From a virus, in IMG/VR virus record IMGVR_UViG_3300045588_000033, positions 1 to 64,000 of that record: a stretch of 64,000 nt of DNA. One strand, written 5' to 3'. Below, piece after piece: positions 6,704-15,297 of the stretch (its first letter is position 1; each line of letters opens with the position of its first letter). A program made the position numbers and the translations under genes. Below the pieces are notes generated by a model. It saw only the letters and a program-made list of their open reading frames with translations, was not told the origin of the DNA and did not search any database.

Positions 6704-7219
6704 TTAAATACCTAATGCGTCAGCAATTGCTGAATTACCTGTAACAGCTTGACGAGTTGTCTCAGCGATTAAAGTATGCTTAGCCTCACCCAATACTACA
6801 GAAGTATTTACGTAGATATACAAACCATCTTTAGACATGATGAAATCACCGTCTTTACCTGCACGCTTTGCTCTTCTTTCAAAGTTAGCTACATCATAAT
6901 CTGATCCAGCAGTAGTCTCAGTAATTTGAAGATTCAAAGAACGATCATCTCCTGCAATTTTAGGATCAACCATATCAATTTCTAATTCTTCTCCTTCTGC
7001 TAATGCAGAAACATCTAGACCAAATTGTAATTGAACATCTGCAGGTTGTGCAGATAACCAAGCATAACGAGGCTTAGACTGATTAAATCTTTCGTCAGAA
7101 GCATTCAAGATGCCCAACAAACCTGTTGGAGTCTTTCCTGTTTCTACAATTTGAGAGAAAGTTAATTGTACTTTTCCACCTTTGATTCCTTTTGCTGATA
7201 CTAATGTTACTTTTTTCAT
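6704..7219 (-). CDS. Early protein of unknown function
   Basis: 171-aa ORF with its own terminator. Confidence 0.8.
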   Translation of the reverse strand: MKKVTLVSAKGIKGGKVQLTFSQIVETGKTPTGLLGILNASDERFNQSKPRYAWLSAQPADVQLQFGLDVSALAEGEELEIDMVDPKIAGDDRSLNLQITETTAGSDYDVANFERRAKRAGKDGDFIMSKDGLYIYVNTSVVLGEAKHTLIAETTRQAVTGNSAIADALGI

Positions 7220-7414
7220 AATAATTTTGTTTTTTAAAGATAAATAATTTATAGATTTTGCTCTAAAACACAGACTTATAAAGTCTTTTCACATACACGA
7301 GCATGTACATAAAATGTAATTTGGTTGTATTTTTTCGACGATGCTAACAACCATTACTAATAAATGAAAGAACTGTTCATCGCAGTAAATAAATAGATTT
7401 CATTCTATTTAATT

Positions 7415-7446
7415 AAAAAAGATAGTGGGACACGCTTCTCCCACTA
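7415..7446 (-). terminator. Intrinsic terminator
   Basis: TAGTGGGA/TCCCACTA stem followed by TCTTTTTT on the minus strand. Confidence 0.55.
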
Positions 7447-7719
7447 AGAACTTACCTAACCTAACTAAACTACTATAACCATTAAACTAGCACCCTTTGA
7501 CTTGTAAACAAGAATAGGGTCATATAGTAAGAGGTATTCTATACATGATATATAGACTGTGACACATTACTATTTGCTGAGAGCTCATTTGCATTGTATA
7601 GGACTATTTATGTCTCTATATGTTTTTAGTCTTGCTTTCTCAAGGCAACAATACATTACGTATTTCTACGTATATCCAATTTTTAAACAGGCTTATCAAT
7701 GTTTAGTCCTGTGGCATCC

Positions 7720-7974
7720 TTAGTTTAATGCATGCTTGCGGTTAATAGCTGTATTAGCTATCACCGCTATTTTAATACCAGCTTCAAAAGTCCAAAGCTT
7801 GGTAAATTTATATTTAGTACGATCTGATTCCTTGTGTAAATACTTAGAATACAAATCATCCTCAATGTTTTTTATTAGCCCATCATCATCAGGAGAGATA
7901 ATGTTGTATACAAGAACATCATCTTCATCGAAAATAAGTTCTAATCTATATATGTAATCATTTTCAAAGTCCAT
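7720..7974 (-). CDS. Hypothetical protein
   Basis: 84-aa ORF. Confidence 0.6.
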   Translation of the reverse strand: MDFENDYIYRLELIFDEDDVLVYNIISPDDDGLIKNIEDDLYSKYLHKESDRTKYKFTKLWTFEAGIKIAVIANTAINRKHALN

Positions 7975-8142
7975 GATACAGTTTTTAAAGTTCTATTACT
8001 AAATTAATCTTTTATTTAGTACTAAATACTAAACAGAGATAATTAAAAGAATCTTCATCATTAAGCTATAAGATGGAGATTCTACTGACTTATAAAGTCT
8101 ATTAAGCAATACGATATAAGACTATTCGTTGCTCAATTTTCA

Positions 8143-8295
8143 TTAAGATATAGCTAATGTAGCTGTAATCCCAATTGCTGATGCAATTACTATTAGATCA
8201 CCTAAATGATTACCACCTAACATTAAGATTGTTCCTAATACCATAGTTACAAGCAATATTGCTGTGAATATGTGCGCTAAATTCTTTCTTTTCAT
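8143..8295 (-). CDS. Small two-TM membrane protein (50 aa)
   Basis: Hand-translated MKRKNLAHIFTAILLVTMVLGTILMLGG... Confidence 0.5.
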   Translation of the reverse strand: MKRKNLAHIFTAILLVTMVLGTILMLGGNHLGDLIVIASAIGITATLAIS

Positions 8296-8405
8296 AATTT
8301 CTCTATTAATATTATTAATACTATTATTACTATCATTGTGTATAAGTAAAATATACCCACACTTCCATTTCTCTTCATAAGTTTAATTTTTAAGTTAATT
8401 AAAAA

Positions 8406-8581
8406 TCCCTCTGCACTCAGTTGTAATATGTTGTTCCTACTATTTTTCCATGACTATGTTTCTTAATAAACTATTAGGATCTAGTCTATTAACTACTTTC
8501 ATAGAGGGCATTTCAACCTATACTTTGGCCAAAGCATCAACATATTACAACTGCTCACCCTTGGGAAGTGAGATTGGTGCA
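8406..8581 (-). ncRNA. Candidate structured RNA (three-way junction plus pseudoknot)
   Basis: Perfect 16-bp stem 8418-8433/8538-8553, stems TGCAC/GTGCA and CTCAC/GTGAG, loop-tail TCCC/GGGA complementarity. Confidence 0.5.
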
Positions 8582-8602
8582 TTACAAATATGAAGCTTAC
8601 TA

Positions 8603-8812
8603 TTATTCAGCTTCATATTTTTTAAAGTCATTTATTTCTGAGAGTAATCTACATACTCGGACATGACTAGGTCCAAATGTAATTTTATTGTTTGGCTGCA
8701 TTTGATTGAGGAGTTTTTCAAAAGATCCAATCTTTTTAAATCCTAAATAATTTGCAACAGCACAAAATCTTACAGTGAACCTTTGATTCGTAATATTTTT
8801 CTGTGAATACAT
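8603..8812 (-). CDS. Hypothetical protein
   Basis: 69-aa ORF. Confidence 0.5.
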   Translation of the reverse strand: MYSQKNITNQRFTVRFCAVANYLGFKKIGSFEKLLNQMQPNNKITFGPSHVRVCRLLSEINDFKKYEAE

Positions 8813-9057
8813 TTCTTTAATTTAAATGTTAATAAATAATTAAGCCATACCCTTATTAAAGGATATGACTTGTTAACTCTTTAAGAGTTAGGGTTACGAG
8901 TCCAAGACTGGTTAGTAACCACACCGTTAACTACACACATAATTGAAAATCAATTAGTTAAGTATGAAAACAAGCACACTCACGTAGTGCTCAACGACAG
9001 TATATTCACAGACGAGTGAGTATATTCAATGTGTCTGACTCCGCAAAGCGGTGACCC

Positions 9058-9336
9058 TTAGAGGATCACTGCCTTGAAGTACTTAGAGTCAGGCTTAGCC
9101 ACGAACTCTACCTTCTTTGCGTAATCAACATCAAGCGGCAATGCTGTCTGCACTTGCTCCAGTGTGTACTGAGGCAGCATGAAGATAGAAGCAAGAGCAG
9201 TCCCACAAGACAAGCCGTTAAGCTCTTTGTCCTTACGAAAGACAACGAGCACGCGTGTCTCATACGCTCCTGTCATTGCGTCGTTCTCCCAAACTGGGCA
9301 TTGTGTTTCTTTAATTTGGTGGATTGAAATTTTCAT
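9058..9336 (-). CDS. Hypothetical protein, first gene of the leftward arm
   Basis: 92-aa ORF, visibly more GC-rich than surroundings. Confidence 0.65.
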   Translation of the reverse strand: MKISIHQIKETQCPVWENDAMTGAYETRVLVVFRKDKELNGLSCGTALASIFMLPQYTLEQVQTALPLDVDYAKKVEFVAKPDSKYFKAVIL

Positions 9337-9590
9337 TTTGTAATTTTTAGTGGGGGCGACATTGCCCGTCCAAGATTTAGTGGGGGTGGTTGACTGTGGT
9401 ACTAACCACTAGCTTGAAATCTAAGAAATCTAAAATAAAAAAATATAAAAAAAAATTATTTATAATCTAAAGGTAAGTGGCTAAACAGCGCTACATTTAT
9501 ACATTCGTACAAGTGCACCTACTGTGTAGGTTTACCTATACATTAGTCTAAAATCATAAAATACTATATAACAGTTAGTTACAATTTTCT

Positions 9591-9680
9591 ACTACCATAA
9601 TTGGTAGGCTCTTACTACCATCAGAGTGATAGTAATAACCTAACAAGCACTGATAGTTGGACTACCACTTACATGATAGT
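9591..9680. promoter_or_regulatory. Cluster of ACTACCA-N4-6-TG(A/G)TAG(T) palindromes (operator or replication-origin iterons)
   Basis: ACTACCA at 9591, 9614, 9661; TGGTAG 9602; TGATAGT at 9627, 9651, 9674; located at the transcription divergence point. Confidence 0.6.
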
Positions 9681-9801
9681 ACGTCTCATAACTATAATAA
9701 TTCAAAATTCCTAATAATATTTACATTATTATTAGCCTACTATTCCTTCATCATATTGAATTATTACATAACTTTACGAACAAGTTAAAAACAAGCACAC
9801 T

Positions 9802-10605
9802 ATGAGCAAAAATAAAAGTAAAACTAAAAGCGTTAGAAAGAGAATGTTCTATGATATAGAGGTTTCTTATTTCATAGTTAGTGCTTGGAGATTAGGATAT
9901 AATCTTTCTATCCAACCACATCAGATTATTAAGTACCCTTCCGTAATTTGCCTATCATGGAAGTGGGAAGGTGAGGAAGAAGTTCATAATCTTAGATGGG
10001 ATGATGATCAGTGTGATAAAACTCTAATACAGGACTTTGTCAAGGAGCTTAATAAAGCCAATCAAATAGTAGCACATAACGGAGATAGATTTGATTTAAA
10101 ATGGTTACGCACAAGAGCAGTCCTACACGGGCTACACATGAACCCTAGATATGAAACTATAGATACTCTTAAAATAGCTAAGTCACAATTTAGTTTTGCT
10201 TCTAATAAACTAGATGAACTAGGAAAATACTTAGGAGTAGGACAGAAGATACCTACTGATTACTCTTTATGGGACAAAATATGCCAAGAGAAATCTGAAG
10301 ATGCACTTAACGATATGGTTAAATACTGCGATGAAGATGTTAGACTTTTAGAGCGAGTGTATCAAAAATTAAGACCTTACGCTAAGGCTCAGTTTAACTA
10401 CGGCAAACTTTACGGCAATGATAACTTTGCTTGCCCAGAATGTGGAAGTCTACACCCAAGGGTTACTAAATGCTACACTACTGCAATGGGAGTAAGAAGA
10501 TATTACTTGCAATGTAAAGAGAGCAAATGCCAAACTAATTACCCTGTAAGTAACCGTACGTACCTCAAAATGATAGAGCACCAAATACTAAATCCAATAA
10601 TTTAA
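9802..10605 (+). CDS. DnaQ/RNase H-like 3'-5' exonuclease (DEDDy) with C-terminal zinc ribbon
   Basis: YDIE, HNGDRFD, YCDEDV motifs; CPECG...CKESKC. Confidence 0.85.
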   Translation: MSKNKSKTKSVRKRMFYDIEVSYFIVSAWRLGYNLSIQPHQIIKYPSVICLSWKWEGEEEVHNLRWDDDQCDKTLIQDFVKELNKANQIVAHNGDRFDLKWLRTRAVLHGLHMNPRYETIDTLKIAKSQFSFASNKLDELGKYLGVGQKIPTDYSLWDKICQEKSEDALNDMVKYCDEDVRLLERVYQKLRPYAKAQFNYGKLYGNDNFACPECGSLHPRVTKCYTTAMGVRRYYLQCKESKCQTNYPVSNRTYLKMIEHQILNPII

Positions 10606-10681
10606 CTATCTTATTTGTATATTTATACTATCAAATTTGGATAGTATCTATATTATTATGATATTTGTACTATCAATTATG

Positions 10682-10689
10682 TATATTTG
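10682..10689 (+). promoter_or_regulatory. Bacteroidota primary-sigma -7 element TAnnTTTG
   Basis: TATATTTG, with TTTG upstream at 10664. Confidence 0.6.
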
Positions 10690-10724
10690 CAATGTATAAG
10701 TACAGAGATAATAAAAATAGAAAA

Positions 10725-10997
10725 ATGGTAGCAGTGTATTTAGATACAAAGGAAAGCGTATTATTAAAATCAAACGATAGAACCTTCCATGTATTATTCT
10801 ATATCATGCGTCAATTAGATTTTGAGAAGAATTTATGGTACGCAGATAAACAAAATAAACTTGCCATCATGAATAAGTTAGGAATATCTCCTCCCACTTT
10901 AGATAAGCATTTAGCTTCTCTAAAAGAGCGGGACTTAATACGGACAGCAGAAACAAGGGGAAGATATAGATTAAATCTAGAAATCTTTTCATTGTAA
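10725..10997 (+). CDS. RepL-like winged-HTH protein
   Basis: LGISPPTLDKHLASLKERDLI HTH and RGRYRLN wing; start may be 10692 or 10725. Confidence 0.7.
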   Translation: MVAVYLDTKESVLLKSNDRTFHVLFYIMRQLDFEKNLWYADKQNKLAIMNKLGISPPTLDKHLASLKERDLIRTAETRGRYRLNLEIFSL

Positions 10998-11007
10998 GGT
11001 TACTGGG

Positions 11008-11214
11008 GTGAGAATTGGAGAATTTATATCTGGTGATTTACAAGGATTATTTAAAAGAGAAGAGGCCTTGGAAGAAGATTTTATAGAGTTCTGCTTAAAG
11101 CATAACAAAGTATTTGAAGCTTCCTTTTGCATCAGCAACGACATAGGCCCTACTAAATTTATTTTACAAATTAATATTAACGATGAGCACAACGGAGAAT
11201 TTAAAGCAGATTAA
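11008..11214 (+). CDS. Hypothetical protein
   Basis: 68-aa ORF with GTG start in operon context. Confidence 0.5.
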   Translation: MRIGEFISGDLQGLFKREEALEEDFIEFCLKHNKVFEASFCISNDIGPTKFILQININDEHNGEFKAD

Positions 11215-11566
11215 GACAGTATTAGCTACTTGCTTTTTAACAGCAACAGAAAAATGTTTAGCAGATGGTCTGCAGTTTAAGTATACATCTTATCCTATGA
11301 AGGATAATGAAAATGCTTGGGCAGTAGATATCATTGTTAAGGAAGCAGGGTACAGTGAGAGAACTATACAGCAGTTTAAATACTTACGACCTGATAACAT
11401 AGATGCTAAGAATATGGAATACCATGTTATCCTAGATGTACTAGGTTCCTTGGCACAAGGCGCATTAATCACATGGTATGAAGTAGCTAAGATGCTAGCA
11501 ACAGACGTAGATTTACAAAAAGTAATTATCGATGAAGCAAAGAAAAGTAATATCCCTTCCTACTAA
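11183..11566 (+). CDS. Hypothetical protein
   Basis: 127-aa ORF. Confidence 0.7.
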   Translation: MSTTENLKQIKTVLATCFLTATEKCLADGLQFKYTSYPMKDNENAWAVDIIVKEAGYSERTIQQFKYLRPDNIDAKNMEYHVILDVLGSLAQGALITWYEVAKMLATDVDLQKVIIDEAKKSNIPSY

Positions 11567-12149
11567 CGAAGGAAAGATATATCGCCAGATTCTAGCCTTT
11601 ATGAATTTTATGCTCAATCTTACACCACAAGAGAGAGACGTATTAGCAGAGCTCATTAAATTAAATAATGAGTATGAAGCACTTCCTCCCGATAAGAGAG
11701 CTAAGTTTATTCTGTCTACTGATATGCGTAAAGAAATTAGGGATGTATTAAACATAGAGGAGAAACAATTTAATGTTATCCTGTCTAGACTTAAGAGCAC
11801 TAAGAAATCTTTCATGGGCACGCAGTTATTAAATGATCAAAATATGATTCATCCACAATTGCAATTTAAGCCTGACCAAGATGGATTCCAATTTGAAGTA
11901 AATCTTATCATGACTACTATTCCTCCAACTACTAAGAAGTTTACAGAGGAATTAGATGAAGCTATTATAGATAAGAACGAGGAGGAGCAAAAGTTTGTAG
12001 AAGAATCAATTTGGGGAGCAGATATAAAAGACCCTGCAATGGAGTATGCTAAAGCAGTTGTCAATTCTGAATATGACATTGATGCTTCTAAGGCTCCCGT
12101 ATTAGAGGAAGAAACTTTTGATTTTAGTATAGCACCGCCTAATGATTGA
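11532..12149 (+). CDS. Hypothetical protein, possible HTH with acidic tail
   Basis: 205-aa ORF; LTPQERDVL...IRDVLNIEEKQFNVILSRLK. Confidence 0.7.
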   Translation: MKQRKVISLPTNEGKIYRQILAFMNFMLNLTPQERDVLAELIKLNNEYEALPPDKRAKFILSTDMRKEIRDVLNIEEKQFNVILSRLKSTKKSFMGTQLLNDQNMIHPQLQFKPDQDGFQFEVNLIMTTIPPTTKKFTEELDEAIIDKNEEEQKFVEESIWGADIKDPAMEYAKAVVNSEYDIDASKAPVLEEETFDFSIAPPND

Positions 12150-12411
12150 ACAACGTAGATTACTGTTAGAAGTAGCAACTCGCCACGGAGTAAAGATAGG
12201 ACAAGCAGAAGAAGTTTGGAATTTACTTGGTGGTAAGATTGCTGAAGTGATTGCCGACATAGACAAGAAGAGCGACGAGCTTTATGATAAAGAAAAGTTT
12301 CCAGTAATCCATATAGATAATTTTGGTAAATTTATTCCTAATCAAAGAAAGATAAGACATGCTAATCATTGTTTAAATTTAAAAATAGAAAAAGATGAAC
12401 ATAACATTTGA
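12142..12411 (+). CDS. HU/IHF-like DNA-binding protein
   Basis: Two helices then VIHIDNFGKF, matching the HU/IHF signature. Confidence 0.65.
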   Translation: MIEQRRLLLEVATRHGVKIGQAEEVWNLLGGKIAEVIADIDKKSDELYDKEKFPVIHIDNFGKFIPNQRKIRHANHCLNLKIEKDEHNI

Positions 12412-12592
12412 AATAATTAAAGAAGATAAGACTGTTACGCCTGTGACTTTCTACGATATTACAGCAATAGGACAAGGGTCAGAAATAGGAACCTCAACAA
12501 TTTACAGCAATGGTATGCAGTTTACCTGCACACTTCCTATGGGAGAGTTATGGAATAAGCTAAAAAAGATTAAGGATGAAAGCGGCTCATGA
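12395..12592 (+). CDS. Hypothetical protein
   Basis: 65-aa ORF overlapping both neighbours. Confidence 0.6.
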   Translation: MNITFEIIKEDKTVTPVTFYDITAIGQGSEIGTSTIYSNGMQFTCTLPMGELWNKLKKIKDESGS

Positions 12593-13097
12593 TAATAATT
12601 ATTGGGAAGTAAACTCAGAGTATTTATTACTGACTGAGTTTTCTCAGTTTTATAATAAAGATAAATCTAAAGGCAAAGAGGAAAGCTCAAGAGTAATGTG
12701 GGCTGTTAATTATGCTTTTAATCCTGAGTCTAAATTCTTTCATTATCCAAATAAATTAGAGGTATTATCTAAGGACTTTATAAAAATCGCTAAGTTTAAA
12801 TGGGATAGCATACAAAGTGTCATAGATGTATTTAAAAACCTAGTACTATCTGATGCAGAGAAATCATTAGTAAACTGGAGTGAGATAATGGTACTCAGAG
12901 ATAATTCCTTAAAGGATCTCTATAGAAATGCTATTCAAGCAGGGGACACTGACGAGTTAGTTAAACTAGATAAGATGTTGAGCAACACGCCTAAGATGTT
13001 TGAGGATTATAAGAAAATCAAGAGAGATTACGAAGAAGAGAAGACTACCAAAAAAGGTAAGTCTATTGCATCACTATCAGATAGCGGAGAAATATGA
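12576..13097 (+). CDS. Hypothetical protein upstream of terminase (candidate small subunit)
   Basis: 173-aa ORF with ATGA overlap onto terL; assignment positional only. Confidence 0.55.
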   Translation: MKAAHDNNYWEVNSEYLLLTEFSQFYNKDKSKGKEESSRVMWAVNYAFNPESKFFHYPNKLEVLSKDFIKIAKFKWDSIQSVIDVFKNLVLSDAEKSLVNWSEIMVLRDNSLKDLYRNAIQAGDTDELVKLDKMLSNTPKMFEDYKKIKRDYEEEKTTKKGKSIASLSDSGEI

Positions 13098-15271
13098 TAA
13101 TAGAAAATTCTAATTTTAGACTTAAAGATATTCCTAATTATCATCCTGAATTAGAATACTATGAACGTATTGCTTTTTGGAAAGAAGAAAAGCGTAAGTG
13201 CATAGAAGGTTATTGGGTTGGTGGAAAATGGATGCCAGGGCCTCTATACTACTACATCAACTTTCACAATATACAATTTGAAGACGACACATCTGTAGCA
13301 CAAGCATTTGGTCTGCCTTTTCTACGCGATATAGATTGGGAATTATTTCTTATCTATGACGAGTGTAGGGGCTTTTCAGGATTCACAGGGGACAAGGTTT
13401 ATACATGCGATAGAAGATATGGCCCAGATAAGGCAATTTCTATTACGCTTAAAAGGATTACTGAAGCAGAATCTCAGAAAATGACTTACGTTCCCGCAAG
13501 AGAATACTTAAGAAGAAACCACGGTAAATCTTTAGGTAAGCCTTTATACAAAAATGCAGCAAAGCATTTTATGTCTATACAAGCGAGGGGGTCAGGTAAG
13601 TCTTATTCTACTTCAGCAATAGTTGCCCATAACTTCTTATTTGATGGAGCTACAGACTACGATGATTACTTATCAAGAAGAAAATTAAAACAATATACTT
13701 CGTCAGAAAGTATCATCGGTGCGATTGATACTAAATACACCGAACCATTAGTAGCTAAGGTAAAGACGGCATTTGAATTATTACCTGGGGGATTTTCCAT
13801 AGGTGATGAAGAATACCCCGCACCGCTATTCTCAAACTACACAGGGTCGCTACAGTCTAACAAATATATTACAGCAGCACTTTCTAAATCTAAATTATAC
13901 CATAGAACCTTTAAAGATAATCCACTAGCAGCCAATGGTACTCGTGCCAACTTAGTAGCACTAGATGAGGTAGGTTTCATGTATAATATAAAGGAATCTT
14001 GGGGAGCTATCGAAGCTATCCAAGCAGCAAAGGCTAAGAAAAATCTTGTAATATGGGCCCTAGGAACGGGGGGACTTGTATCAGGTAGAGCAGCATTATA
14101 TGCAGAAAGTATATTTAGAAATCCACAAGATTATAACTGCGTAGAATTTGATGATGTATTTGAACATAGAGGAAAGATAGGATACTTTGTGCCGTATTCT
14201 TTAGTACAAAATGAATTTAAGAAAGGCCCTAATCTAGAAACAGATGAAGCGCTAGCAAGAGTAAATATAGAATACAGACGATCTATTGCAAAAAAATCAC
14301 CAGACCCGACTGTATATCAGACAGAAATTATCAACGGACCGATGGTTCCGAGTGAAGCCTTCTTAGTTCTTGAAGGAGCATTCTTCCCTACGCTACAACT
14401 TAAAGAACAACTAGCTGAAGTAGAGGGAGGTAAGTATAAGAAATATACAGAAGCATCCTTTAAGGGTCACATATCTTTTAACTCTGCCAACGAACCTGAG
14501 TTTTTTACAGAGCAAGATGCACAACCTATTAGAAAGTTTCCACTTAACAACAATGATGATAAAAAAAGTTGCATAGAATTATGGGTAAAACCGCAAAAGA
14601 ATGACGAAGGTGTAGTGCCGAGAGGAGTGCACATCGCAGGAATCGACGTTGTAGATAAAGATAAATCCACTACTGATTCCTTACCGTCTATAATTATATT
14701 GAATCGTTTTACTCGACAAATAGTTGCCGAGTATACAGGGCGTACAGGGGAAGCAAAAGATTTCTATGAAGTATGTCGTAAGATGTTGTTGTATTATAAT
14801 GCAATAGGAATGTATGAGAAAAACCTTATTGGTCTCTACAATTACTTTGACCAAAATAAGTGTACTTACTTACTTGCAGATACACCTTATCAATTAAGAT
14901 CTACAGATACTTATAAAGCAGGAACTAATACTTCTAAAGGTATTAACGCATCTGGTACAGTCAATGCTGAAGCAAGAAATATGATTAAGTCTTGGTTGCA
15001 AGAGAGAATCTCAGAGAAATCTGAGACAAGAGTGTACGAGACATTATATTCTTCTGCTATGATAACAGAATTAGTAATGTGGAATCCTAGTGGCAACTTT
15101 GATAGAGTTTCTGCATTAGGTATGCTAATGTGGTTAGACTCTACAATGTTCAAAGAGAACGTTAAACTTAAAGACGATATTAAAGGTTTTATGGATAATC
15201 CATATTGGGATAAGATGGGTGTTTTAAAAAAGAAACCTATCAATACTATTAATTCCAATTTTTATCCATAA
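13094..15271 (+). CDS. terL: Terminase large subunit
   Basis: Walker A ARGSGKS, Walker B VALDEVG, nuclease motifs AGIDVVD and NFDRVSA. Confidence 0.95.
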   Translation: MIIENSNFRLKDIPNYHPELEYYERIAFWKEEKRKCIEGYWVGGKWMPGPLYYYINFHNIQFEDDTSVAQAFGLPFLRDIDWELFLIYDECRGFSGFTGDKVYTCDRRYGPDKAISITLKRITEAESQKMTYVPAREYLRRNHGKSLGKPLYKNAAKHFMSIQARGSGKSYSTSAIVAHNFLFDGATDYDDYLSRRKLKQYTSSESIIGAIDTKYTEPLVAKVKTAFELLPGGFSIGDEEYPAPLFSNYTGSLQSNKYITAALSKSKLYHRTFKDNPLAANGTRANLVALDEVGFMYNIKESWGAIEAIQAAKAKKNLVIWALGTGGLVSGRAALYAESIFRNPQDYNCVEFDDVFEHRGKIGYFVPYSLVQNEFKKGPNLETDEALARVNIEYRRSIAKKSPDPTVYQTEIINGPMVPSEAFLVLEGAFFPTLQLKEQLAEVEGGKYKKYTEASFKGHISFNSANEPEFFTEQDAQPIRKFPLNNNDDKKSCIELWVKPQKNDEGVVPRGVHIAGIDVVDKDKSTTDSLPSIIILNRFTRQIVAEYTGRTGEAKDFYEVCRKMLLYYNAIGMYEKNLIGLYNYFDQNKCTYLLADTPYQLRSTDTYKAGTNTSKGINASGTVNAEARNMIKSWLQERISEKSETRVYETLYSSAMITELVMWNPSGNFDRVSALGMLMWLDSTMFKENVKLKDDIKGFMDNPYWDKMGVLKKKPINTINSNFYP

Positions 15272-15297
15272 ATTTGTATCTTAAATAAATTATCACT

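Noticed and set aside
294-7957. Plus-strand ORFs in the left arm (294, 2774, 4558, 5195, 5514, 5970, 6369, 7736)
   Set aside because: Shadows of the minus-strand genes or attC-like sites
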